A stretch of 32,000 bases of DNA. Source: Vibrio vulnificus CMCP6. Its GTDB lineage: Bacteria > Pseudomonadota > Gammaproteobacteria > Enterobacterales > Vibrionaceae. Positions 18,733 through 27,050 of the stretch are shown here, in pieces. The position numbers and the translations under genes were made by a program. The notes below the pieces were generated by a model. It did no database searches and was not told the origin of the DNA. It was given only the letters and a program-made list of their open reading frames with translations. The stretch lies in contig NC_004460.2 of the NCBI RefSeq assembly GCF_000039765.1, positions 570,001-602,000 on the forward strand. The letters run 5' to 3'. Each line of letters begins with the position of its first letter. The stretch's first letter is position 1.

Positions 18733-19312
18733 TCACCATGGTTATCCATTCGCTATCATGGCTGATTTCGGCTAACACGCTGGGTTGTTGAAGGTGATAC
18801 TGCGAAGCTGGGAGCCAACGTTGTGTTTGTGAATGCGTTCGGTATTTATTGAGAAAAATGACCAAATTTTTATCAACAAGGTTTCTTTCTTCTTGAGTCT
18901 TGGCTTTCGATAATTGCGCTTGCACATCGAATGAGTCACCCGACACGGAAACCTCGGCAATCTGCATCAAATCTTTTCTTAGGTTCAACTGCAATTGCGA
19001 CCAAGCGATCAAGTCAAACGCTGTTTGCAACATATAGATATTTTTCGAATCCATTAATTGCAACTCTCCAAAGAAAGGTCGCTGATAGTAGGTCAGTTCG
19101 TCAACGCAATACCTTTTTTCTACTTCGCTTTGTGAACAGTCAAAAAATGGCGATTCAACAACGGTAGTTTCACTGATCAATGCTATTTCCCCCATAAGAC
19201 TATGTGAGATAAGCACTGAATATTCAGTCTCTTGAGACAAAATCCGTGAAGAAATTAAAACACTAGCGAGCAAAATTGGAGAAAAGCAATATCTAGACAT
19301 ATTATGAAACAT
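18695..19312 (-). CDS. Hypothetical secreted protein (205 aa), low GC
   Basis: The ATG at the complement of 19310-19312 is preceded by AAGGAG with a 7-nt spacer. MFHNMSRYCFSPILLASVLISSRILS looks like a signal peptide. I recognise no family. The 3' end overlaps the convergent HTH gene by 38 nt. Confidence 0.55.
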   Translation of the reverse strand: MFHNMSRYCFSPILLASVLISSRILSQETEYSVLISHSLMGEIALISETTVVESPFFDCSQSEVEKRYCVDELTYYQRPFFGELQLMDSKNIYMLQTAFDLIAWSQLQLNLRKDLMQIAEVSVSGDSFDVQAQLSKAKTQEERNLVDKNLVIFLNKYRTHSQTQRWLPASQYHLQQPSVLAEISHDSEWITMVITRFLPPTKNEK

Positions 19313-19484
19313 AGGTTCGCTCCTTATATTTATATATCTATCACCTAAAACCACCCAGACATGAGACGGGCAATAAATAAACAACAACACATTCATTAAA
19401 ATTATTAATTATGCGATAACAAACATTGATAATGTGATATTGCTCCATAAAATCCAGCCTATCTTATAACTAAGGTAGGAAACC

Positions 19485-21656
19485 ATGAAACTAAAATTGT
19501 CAGTTTTATCAATAGCATTGTTTGGCTTATACGGTTGTGGCGGCTCAGATTCAAACTCAAGCGCGACAGATTCAGCAACACCACCAACACAAACATATTC
19601 ATCACTGGTCAAAGCAACCCCTGTACCCACAAACGATTCCATATGTACTTCAGGTGGAATTAAAATAGATCTTGGTCTAGATAAAGATGATTCAAAAATA
19701 CTTGAAAATGGAGAAGTATTACAAAGCCACACATACTGCAACAGTGGAGTGAAGGTCATAGATGGAGACCTAGTTGTAAACAATGATGCTCTTGTCTCTG
19801 TTCTATCTATTGCTAAAAATGACGTTCGATGCAATTTAGGTGGACAATTAGTTATTGCTGGTATTGATGCTGACAATAATAACAAACTAAGTGAGCAAGA
19901 AATTTCTGAAGAGCACATTTTATGTAGTGACGGCGAATATATCGCACCTGACATTTTAATCAATGCAATTGTTGCGTCTCCTGCCGTAATACTTCCTAGT
20001 GAAACGACAACGATTACAGCCACCATCAGTAACTTAAGTGATAATGATACTCTGACTTGGTACGACAGTGACGATAATATCATTAGCCCAGTGTCAGTCA
20101 ATCAGCCCCAAGTCATTGCACTTACCGCAGGTAATACATCTGGTGTAATGAGTGCTAAATTAGAAGTAAAAAGAGTCCATCAAGATGGCTCGATCACTTT
20201 GCATGCACAAAAAATCAACGTCACCATTGCTGAAGCGCCGAGTAAAACTCAATCCGTGGTGATGGACAATACTCAGGTACTACTCCCTGAAGGCTACTCG
20301 ACCCAAAACATCACAGGTGATTTTAAAGGAGTGGTTATGTATGGAGAAGTTCCACAGCAAATTCAAAAATCAGGCATACCAACACCAGTAGGTACAGAAC
20401 TGATTGGCTTTACCAGTGAAAGACCTTCTCTATCACAGGGCTCAACAACAGTTGATATCCTTAACACACTAATGAGGTCATTGAATTCAACATTAGGCTA
20501 TCGCAACGACGTCACTGAAATATCGAAAAAAACTTTGGTAAATGGCGACATATCTGCTCGCTATAACATTTCCTTAAGTGAAACTAGACAAACTACGGCC
20601 TTACTCCAGCTGATTCTACAAACTATCGGAACCAACAAAGTGGGTGGAGTTGTTGACCAGCTCGTCGCCGATAACAACGAAAAAAATACCAACGCATTCC
20701 AGTTCGACATTGTGCTTTCGTTCGATGAACAAAAAGATAATGTGGTAATGACGAGTACTCTTATTGCTAAAGAACTCTTTAGTAAATACGAAACACTGAT
20801 CGATACAACCACCTCTGAAAGTGTTCGTGCGCCAGTAAATGCAACGATCAAAGTACAAAACGATACTATCACTGCTATTGAGCAGACAGTATCAAAAGCA
20901 GATTTTCTCTTTGTGATCGATAATTCTGGAAGTATGGGAGATGAACAAGATGAGATCAGTACTCTAACACAAACGTTTCTAGATGAAATTTCTGCTTCAG
21001 GTCTCGATTATAAAGTGGGAACAATTACAACTGATAATGACTCTCTAAGAGGGAATGGATTTACTCACGAGCCTGAGCAAATTGCCTTAGACTTTAAACC
21101 CGGAACAAACGGTAGCGGATACGAAAGAGGTATCTATTTTGCAGAAATGGCTTTAGCTCCAACTACAGGAACTGTTGCCGTTGCGGGTTACCCTCGAGCA
21201 GGAGCCTCTCTGTCAGTTATCATTATGAGTGATGAAGAAAGTCAATATCCGACAAGAGATTTTGACGTCAATAACAATCTGTTTGTAGATAATGGCTATC
21301 GTGTGTATTCCATAGTTGATCCAAGTGATGCTCGTGTTAGTCAATATGATGACTTATCTCAAACAAGCCTCGGTTTGGTTCTCAATATCAATGAGAAAAC
21401 CGAGTACAAACAGTTTATGACCGATATTGCGAACAATGCTGGAGCGTCAACTGTGGGGTATAAACTCGGGATAAACGACGCAAGTAAAGTCATTTCCACG
21501 TCTCTTTCAGTTAAAGTCGATGGTGTAGAAGTAACCCGAGACAAAGTAAACGGTTGGACTTATTATCCTCAAACAAACAGTATTAGCTTCCGCGGAACGG
21601 CTATTCCAGCAGCAGGAGCTGAGATTGTCATCGCCTACAACTATATTCAACTCTAA
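19485..21656 (+). CDS. Large surface/periplasmic lipoprotein with two Cys-bounded repeats, an Ig-like region and a C-terminal von Willebrand factor A domain
   Basis: MKLKLSVLSIALFGLYGC has a lipobox with Cys18. The repeats span aa 50-88 and aa 112-150. The vWA MIDAS motif is FLFVIDNSGSMGDEQ (D479-S483 = 20919-20933), with the later motifs TITTDND and VIIMSDEES. Confidence 0.8.
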   Translation: MKLKLSVLSIALFGLYGCGGSDSNSSATDSATPPTQTYSSLVKATPVPTNDSICTSGGIKIDLGLDKDDSKILENGEVLQSHTYCNSGVKVIDGDLVVNNDALVSVLSIAKNDVRCNLGGQLVIAGIDADNNNKLSEQEISEEHILCSDGEYIAPDILINAIVASPAVILPSETTTITATISNLSDNDTLTWYDSDDNIISPVSVNQPQVIALTAGNTSGVMSAKLEVKRVHQDGSITLHAQKINVTIAEAPSKTQSVVMDNTQVLLPEGYSTQNITGDFKGVVMYGEVPQQIQKSGIPTPVGTELIGFTSERPSLSQGSTTVDILNTLMRSLNSTLGYRNDVTEISKKTLVNGDISARYNISLSETRQTTALLQLILQTIGTNKVGGVVDQLVADNNEKNTNAFQFDIVLSFDEQKDNVVMTSTLIAKELFSKYETLIDTTTSESVRAPVNATIKVQNDTITAIEQTVSKADFLFVIDNSGSMGDEQDEISTLTQTFLDEISASGLDYKVGTITTDNDSLRGNGFTHEPEQIALDFKPGTNGSGYERGIYFAEMALAPTTGTVAVAGYPRAGASLSVIIMSDEESQYPTRDFDVNNNLFVDNGYRVYSIVDPSDARVSQYDDLSQTSLGLVLNINEKTEYKQFMTDIANNAGASTVGYKLGINDASKVISTSLSVKVDGVEVTRDKVNGWTYYPQTNSISFRGTAIPAAGAEIVIAYNYIQL

Positions 21657-21663
21657 AATTAAT

Positions 21664-21688
21664 AAGGCGCACCTAGCAGTGCGCCTTT
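21664..21688 (+). terminator. Hairpin terminator after the vWA lipoprotein gene
   Basis: aaggcgcac (21664-21672) pairs with gtgcgcctt (21679-21687) around a 6-nt loop. The downstream T-tract is weak. Confidence 0.55.
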
Positions 21689-22022
21689 ACCTCGTTACTC
21701 AATCGTGAGTCTGCGATTTGGGATTACTATAGATGCATCCCTGACAAAAAACGAGGAACTACAGTAGAGTTTTGATTCCATCCAAATTGTGTGTAAAACC
21801 TCAAATCCCTCCTTATCGAGCAGCATGTTGCTTTACGATTTAAGTGTGGTTCAGATTGGCGAATTTGCAAGTGATACACCTGTTTATTAATGATACCTCC
21901 ATCACATTTAGTGCATCGTTAAATACGATTTCTGCAAAGCTAATTTGCATCTTTACTGATTAAGGCGTAACAGTGGTCAGGCTTATAATTCGTGCTTCAA
22001 CTATTCGTGTCGGAGAAGGTAA

Positions 22023-23426
22023 ATGACCAAACGTGAGAGAATCATTCAGTCCGTATTAGTAAAAGTACCCAAGGACGCGATTAATCAGTTTCTCTCACAC
22101 GGATCAACCCCGATTTCTGTGCTCTTCCTTGCGGCACTGGTTGGCGTATTGGCAGGACTGGTTGGAACCTATTTCGAAATCGCCGTGCATTTTGTTTCTG
22201 AGACTCGGACGGAGTGGTTAAAGAGTGAAATTGGTCATTTGTTGCCCCTTTGGCTTGCGGCAATTTTGATCAGTGCAGCGCTTGCATTTGTGGGGTATTT
22301 TCTGGTTCATCGCTTTGCGCCAGAGGCAGCTGGCTCAGGTATCCCAGAAATCGAGGGGGCGATGGACAATATCCGCCCTGTCAGATGGTGGCGAGTCATC
22401 CCCGTGAAGTTTTTTGGCGGCATGGGGGCTCTGGGTTCAGGAATGGTGCTGGGCCGAGAAGGGCCTACTGTTCAGATGGGCGGCGCCGTTGGTCGCATGG
22501 TCACGGATATTTTCCGAGTGAAAGATGACGACACTCGCCACTCTTTACTTGCGTCAGGGGCGGCAGGTGGTTTGGCCGCCGCGTTTAATGCTCCTCTTGC
22601 GGGGATCATGTTCGTGGTCGAAGAGATGCGCCCACAATTTCGTTACTCGCTGATCTCTATTCGAGCCGTGATTATTTCTGCGGTCATGGCCAACATCGTG
22701 TTTCGTGCCATCAACGGCCAAGATGCGGTCATTACCATGCCGCAATATCAACCACCCGAGCTAAAAGCTTTGTGGCTCTTTTTGTTATTGGGCGGACTAT
22801 TTGGCGTTTTTGGTGTGCTGTTCAATAAACTGGTGACTGTTGCACAAGACGCCTTCGTTGCCTTGCACAAAAATGATCGCAAACGCTATTTGATCACCGG
22901 AACCTGTCTTGGTGGCATCTTTGGTTTGCTGTTGCTGTATGTTCCCGAGTTGACGGGCGGCGGCATTCATCTTATTCCAGACGTCACTAACGGCAACTAC
23001 AGCGTTTCTCTGCTGGTGATGCTCTTTGTTGGACGAGTGTTGACCACTTTAATCTGTTTTGGCTCAGGTGCACCCGGCGGGATTTTTGCGCCTATGTTGG
23101 CATTGGGCACGCTGTTTGGCTATGCATTTGGTGCCACAGCGAAAATTCTACTTCCCGATCTTCCCATCGAGCCGGGCATGTTCGCCATTGCGGGTATGGG
23201 CGCTTTGTTCGCCGCCACGGTTCGCGCTCCGATTACGGGAATTCTGCTCGTGATTGAAATGACCAACAACTATTACCTCATTTTGCCACTGATCATTACC
23301 AGTCTCGGCGCGGTAATCTGTGCGCAAATTTGTGGCGGTAAACCTATCTATAGCCAGCTTCTACACAGAACCATCAAGAACGATAAGTTACGTCAGCAAG
23401 ATCTGCCAGAGCAACAAAACTCGTAA
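22023..23426 (+). CDS. clcA: ClC-family H+/Cl- antiporter
   Basis: The selectivity and gating motifs GSGIPE, GREGPTVQ and GGIFAP are present. The length (467 aa) and topology match E. coli ClcA. A GGAGAAGG SD is present. Confidence 0.95.
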   Translation: MTKRERIIQSVLVKVPKDAINQFLSHGSTPISVLFLAALVGVLAGLVGTYFEIAVHFVSETRTEWLKSEIGHLLPLWLAAILISAALAFVGYFLVHRFAPEAAGSGIPEIEGAMDNIRPVRWWRVIPVKFFGGMGALGSGMVLGREGPTVQMGGAVGRMVTDIFRVKDDDTRHSLLASGAAGGLAAAFNAPLAGIMFVVEEMRPQFRYSLISIRAVIISAVMANIVFRAINGQDAVITMPQYQPPELKALWLFLLLGGLFGVFGVLFNKLVTVAQDAFVALHKNDRKRYLITGTCLGGIFGLLLLYVPELTGGGIHLIPDVTNGNYSVSLLVMLFVGRVLTTLICFGSGAPGGIFAPMLALGTLFGYAFGATAKILLPDLPIEPGMFAIAGMGALFAATVRAPITGILLVIEMTNNYYLILPLIITSLGAVICAQICGGKPIYSQLLHRTIKNDKLRQQDLPEQQNS

Positions 23427-23446
23427 AGATTCCTCACTAATAATGC

Positions 23447-23478
23447 ATCGGGATAAATGACTTTATCCCGATTTTTTG
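23447..23478 (+). terminator. Rho-independent terminator after clcA
   Basis: atcgggataaa (23447-23457), loop tgac, tttatcccgat (23462-23472), then TTTTTT. Confidence 0.9.
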
Positions 23479-23580
23479 CGCTGAATTCGATTTTTTCCAA
23501 GCAACAACCACACAAAGTTGATACCATCCCTGAGCCCATTTTTCTCATGCGCATCTGATTTCTTGAATGCACGGTTAAAT

Positions 23581-23646
23581 GGTGCTGATTCTTCTATTAA
23601 GTCATGGTTAAGTGGTGCTGATTCTTCTATTAAGTCATGGTTAAGT
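23581..23646. repeat. Perfect tandem duplication of a 33-bp unit, with a degenerate partial copy at 23565-23580
   Basis: ggtgctgattcttctattaagtcatggttaagt occurs at 23581-23613 and identically at 23614-23646. Confidence 0.95.
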
Positions 23647-23702
23647 GGGAACGGATCCTCACTCAAAAAAGGTAGTGCGTCGAATTGAGGTTAAATTCGC
23701 AA

Positions 23703-24674
23703 ATGGAATTTTCGCTGAATTGGAGAAGGCTAGTTCAAGTCCAAAGTGTTCCCCCTTCTCAAGCTGCATTAGCGTTGGGCATGATTGGTTTGGGTCAAGC
23801 TTGGGCGCTCTATTTACCAGAAGTTGGCGTACCTATTCGTCCTTTCCTTGCGGCTTTTGGTGCGATATTACTCTTACCTGTATTGGCCAAATACGCCACC
23901 AACGCTAAAACCTTTCTCAACGATATTCGTCATCCTTTGAGTGGAAGTTTGATGGCTCCGATGAGTATGGCGCTGTTGGTGTTGTGTGATTATTTGGCGG
24001 TCGTATCTCCGTTGATCGCCTACCCTCTTTGGTTTATGGCGGTTTTGCTGCACTTTACCATGATGGTGCTGTTTTTCAGTTTCCAAATCATGAATTTCAA
24101 GATGTCCAATATTGTGCCAAGCTGGTTCCTCTATCCTGTGGGATTGATTAGCAGCTCATTGGCTGGTTCTCAATTTGGACACAATGTCTTTTCAGAAACA
24201 CTGGCTATGGTCTGCATTGGGATCTATTTCTTCCTACTGCCTCTGGTTCTCTACCGATTGGTGTTTTTTGGCTCTCTGCCTAAACGAGCAAGGCCAACAT
24301 TAGCCATCATGGCCGCTCCGGTTAACCTTTCGCTAGCCGCATACTTGGTGAACTTCAAAGAGCCAGACCCTATCCTCACAGGCGCTTTAGCGGGCATTGC
24401 CATTACCATGACTCTGCTGATTTACCTGTGCTACATTCGATTACTGAGATTGAAGTTCCAACCCTCCATCGCGGCCGTTACCTTCCCATCGGTGATCAGT
24501 GCCATTGCGATGCATCGCTTAACCGCATTTTTTGCCGAGTCCCACCCTCAATGGGCATGGCTGCATGATTTTGGCTTTCTTGAACTGAGCATTGCCACCG
24601 TGCTTGTTGTGTGGGTATCTGCTGGCTACGTTAAGATGTATTGGCCTGAGGTGTTCAACAAAAATCCAATATAA
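23703..24674 (+). CDS. TehA/SLAC1-family (TDT) anion channel or transporter
   Basis: About 10 TM helices. ALALGMIGLGQAW... and DIRHPLSGS resemble E. coli TehA (GTIGMGFAW, EVRHPVLSS). The start is uncertain: ATG at 23703 or TTG at 23685, neither with a well-spaced SD. Confidence 0.75.
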   Translation: MEFSLNWRRLVQVQSVPPSQAALALGMIGLGQAWALYLPEVGVPIRPFLAAFGAILLLPVLAKYATNAKTFLNDIRHPLSGSLMAPMSMALLVLCDYLAVVSPLIAYPLWFMAVLLHFTMMVLFFSFQIMNFKMSNIVPSWFLYPVGLISSSLAGSQFGHNVFSETLAMVCIGIYFFLLPLVLYRLVFFGSLPKRARPTLAIMAAPVNLSLAAYLVNFKEPDPILTGALAGIAITMTLLIYLCYIRLLRLKFQPSIAAVTFPSVISAIAMHRLTAFFAESHPQWAWLHDFGFLELSIATVLVVWVSAGYVKMYWPEVFNKNPI

Positions 24675-24676
24675 TG

Positions 24677-24696
24677 ATGGCCTCATTTGAGGCCAT
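24677..24696. terminator. Hairpin between the convergent TehA-like and Nramp-like genes
   Basis: atggcctc (24677-24684), loop attt, gaggccat (24689-24696). There is no strong T-run. Confidence 0.5.
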
Positions 24697-24717
24697 TCGC
24701 TATTTACCTAAGTCCCT

Positions 24718-25956
24718 CTAGCTAACAAACTTCGCGATGAAGTTGCCGATGTTCGTTAAACTGGATGCCCCCATTACGATAACAATCGCTACGCCCGTCA
24801 ACGTCAAGTACATCGGATGTTGGTAGTCCCCCACAATATCTTTGCGTCTTGTTGCCAACAAAACGGTCCCCAGTACAACAGGGAGAATAATGCTATTCAC
24901 TAAACCTGCCAGCATCAGCAGAAGAATAGGCATATCCATGCATACGGTGCCAAGTGAGGTTAGAACAATGAAACCCACACACCATGATTTTTCGTTTCTT
25001 GCGACAAACGGGAACAGCGTCTTAATCAGTGAGATCGCCATGTACGAGTTGCCAACCACCGATGTGATTGAAGCGACGAACAGAACCAAACCAAAGATGA
25101 AGTAGCCGAGTTGACCAGCGCCTTGTCGAAAAGCATCAGCAGCGGGGTTCGCCGTGTCCAATGTCGCACCTGTTGCGATAACACCAAATACCGCCAAAAA
25201 TAGCAGAATTCGGATAACCACTGCGATAGAAATGCCCGCCCACGCCGTTGATGTAATAGACGGTACATTTTCTTTGCCCTTCAAGCCAATATCGACCAAA
25301 CGTTGAGCACCTGTGTAGTAACCGCCAACAGCACCACCAACAATAGTCAGTGTAGGCAGTAGCAAACTGCCGATATCCGTAGGCATCACCGCGGCACTTA
25401 GGGTTTCCCCCATTGGTGGTAGGCTTGTCATGGCAACATACGCAATCAGCACAATCATAAACAAGCCAAGGTATCGCGCCATTTGGTCCATTCGTTTGGA
25501 AGCGTTATGCACCACAAATAGCAAGCAACCGATCAATCCCGTAAACAGAGCTCCCCACGTCGTGTCTACGCCCGTTAACACATTGATGCCCAATGCAGCA
25601 CCACTGACGTTACCAAAGTTAAACGCCACAGCGCCAAGCGCAAGGAGAACACCTACGCCATACCCCATCCCCGGCGCCACTTTGTTCGCAATATCTTGGA
25701 TACGCAGGCCAGAAACACCAACAATACGCCATAAGTTCATGACGATACCAAAGGTGATAAAGATCGAAGCCAAAACGGGAAACGCCATGTCGACTTTGTA
25801 GAGGTTGGTGAAGACAGCGGTTTGAGTTAAAAAGCCGGGGCCAACAGACGTCGTCGCCATCAAAAACGCGACACTTAGCATGGCTTTCTTTTGCCAATGG
25901 TTTTCGGGTACTTGAGTAGAAATAGAGGAAGTGATGATAGTGCTTTGTGTCGTCAT
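24718..25956 (-). CDS. Nramp-superfamily (MntH-like/YcsG-like) membrane transporter, 412 aa
   Basis: Start at the ATG (complement of 25954-25956): MTTQSTIITS... ATTSVGPGFLTQTA and 11-12 hydrophobic helices point to the Nramp family. The substrate is not inferable. Confidence 0.7.
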   Translation of the reverse strand: MTTQSTIITSSISTQVPENHWQKKAMLSVAFLMATTSVGPGFLTQTAVFTNLYKVDMAFPVLASIFITFGIVMNLWRIVGVSGLRIQDIANKVAPGMGYGVGVLLALGAVAFNFGNVSGAALGINVLTGVDTTWGALFTGLIGCLLFVVHNASKRMDQMARYLGLFMIVLIAYVAMTSLPPMGETLSAAVMPTDIGSLLLPTLTIVGGAVGGYYTGAQRLVDIGLKGKENVPSITSTAWAGISIAVVIRILLFLAVFGVIATGATLDTANPAADAFRQGAGQLGYFIFGLVLFVASITSVVGNSYMAISLIKTLFPFVARNEKSWCVGFIVLTSLGTVCMDMPILLLMLAGLVNSIILPVVLGTVLLATRRKDIVGDYQHPMYLTLTGVAIVIVMGASSLTNIGNFIAKFVS

Positions 25957-25972
25957 GCTGGTTCTCAAATTT

Positions 25973-26008
25973 GTTGTCTTTCTATTATTAGAAAAATAGA
26001 AAGACAAC
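25973..26008 (-). promoter_or_regulatory. 14-bp perfect inverted repeat (8-nt spacer) in the leader of the Nramp-like gene
   Basis: gttgtctttctatt (25973-25986) pairs with aatagaaagacaac (25995-26008). It ends 16 nt upstream of the ATG. Confidence 0.6.
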
Positions 26009-26087
26009 TGACCGAGATCAGCTGAACTTAGCGTGGTATTTCTTTTAAAACAAACAATTACAAGTTGTAGTCGTTCATTGGGCGCAC

Positions 26088-26116
26088 ATACTAAAAGCAA
26101 CGAATGTGACTGTCAA
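26088..26116 (-). promoter_or_regulatory. Putative sigma70 promoter of the Nramp-like gene
   Basis: On the minus strand: TTGACA (complement of 26111-26116), a 17-nt spacer, then TAGTAT (complement of 26088-26093). This implies a leader of about 120 nt. Confidence 0.5.
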
Positions 26117-26170
26117 CACGCAATTCCATAAATATTTATATTGCTGCTTGCTTAACGATTAACTCAATAC

Positions 26171-26197
26171 AAAAAAGGATGGCATTTCGCCATCCTT
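26171..26197 (-). terminator. Rho-independent terminator of folE
   Basis: aaggatggc (26175-26183) pairs with gccatcctt (26189-26197). On the minus strand the stem is followed by UUUUUU. Confidence 0.85.
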
Positions 26198-26221
26198 TAT
26201 CAAACTGAGTGTTCACTTGCA

Positions 26222-26875
26222 TTAACGCAGACCGTGCAGAAACTCGGCTCGTGTCGCTGGGTTACTCTTAAAAATGCCACCCAATGCGGTTGTGGTGGTT
26301 TCACTGGTCGCGTCCATCACGCCGCGAGACTTCACGCAATAGTGTGTTGCGTCGATGGTTACCGCAACGTCATCCGATTCGAGTAAGGTTTGCAACGCCA
26401 CTAGAATCTGTTGTGTCATGCGCTCTTGCACCTGAGGGCGTTGCGCAAAGAAACGAACAATGCGGTTGATCTTAGATAAACCAATGATTTTTCCGCGAGG
26501 AATATAGGCCACTGCCGCTTTGCCATCGATGGTCACCAAATGATGCTCGCAGGTGCTGGTTAAGGTGATCTCTTTCACTCGAACCATCTCGCTGACGTTC
26601 ATCTTATTTTCAATCACCGTGATCTTAGGGAAGTTCTGATAATCAAGGCCGGAAAAAACTTCGTCGACGTACATTTTAGCAATGCGTCTTGGCGTCTCTT
26701 CCAAACTATCGTCGGTCAGATCCAGTTCAAGCAAAGAAAGGATCTCACGCATGTGGTGTTCGATTTTCTCTTTCTTTTCTTCACGACTGAATTGGTTCGG
26801 CACCATCGGCGTTTCCAAACCGCGCTTTTCTAACGCTTGTTTAACCAGTTGGGCGGATTCGCTAAGACCTGACAT
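26222..26875 (-). CDS. folE: GTP cyclohydrolase I (type 1)
   Basis: [32 protein letters not shown]...[22 protein letters not shown]...[26 protein letters not shown] is near-collinear with E. coli FolE. Confidence 0.97.
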   Translation of the reverse strand: MSGLSESAQLVKQALEKRGLETPMVPNQFSREEKKEKIEHHMREILSLLELDLTDDSLEETPRRIAKMYVDEVFSGLDYQNFPKITVIENKMNVSEMVRVKEITLTSTCEHHLVTIDGKAAVAYIPRGKIIGLSKINRIVRFFAQRPQVQERMTQQILVALQTLLESDDVAVTIDATHYCVKSRGVMDATSETTTTALGGIFKSNPATRAEFLHGLR

Positions 26876-27050
26876 TCCACTTCCTCTTACATCTCAAGAC
26901 TCTCATAAAGGGAAGAATACCCCTTTAGGATGGCTGACAAGGATACTCGGATTTTTGAATAATTACACCCATATTTTACTGAGGGTCATTCGTGCCACTC
27001 ATCGATTTGTGCTAAAGTGCGCTAAAACCATAATTCAACGGAAATTCAAT

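Noticed and set aside
19409-20101. A 230-aa minus-strand ORF antisense to the 5' end of the vWA lipoprotein gene and spanning its promoter
   Set aside because: Its product is a low-complexity Ser/Leu-rich sequence. It has no SD and lies exactly opposite a gene with clear lipobox and domain signatures. I treat it as a shadow ORF, although its length in AT-rich DNA is somewhat unusual.
23463-23666. A 67-aa minus-strand ORF that translates the 33-bp repeat as PLNHDLIEESA x2
   Set aside because: It has a TTG start with no SD. It runs through the clcA terminator hairpin and resembles no family. I report the repeat as a DNA feature instead. Ribosome profiling would be needed to revive it.
26682-27050. 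The 5' 123 codons of the 534-aa ORF 26682..28286, which would make MoeA much longer and overlap folE antisense
   Set aside because: Homology to MoeA begins at the ATG at 27051 (MGCC...[13 protein letters not shown], cf. E. coli MEFTTGLMSLDTALNEML). The upstream part is Ser/Arg-rich translation of the folE antisense strand and the intergenic region.
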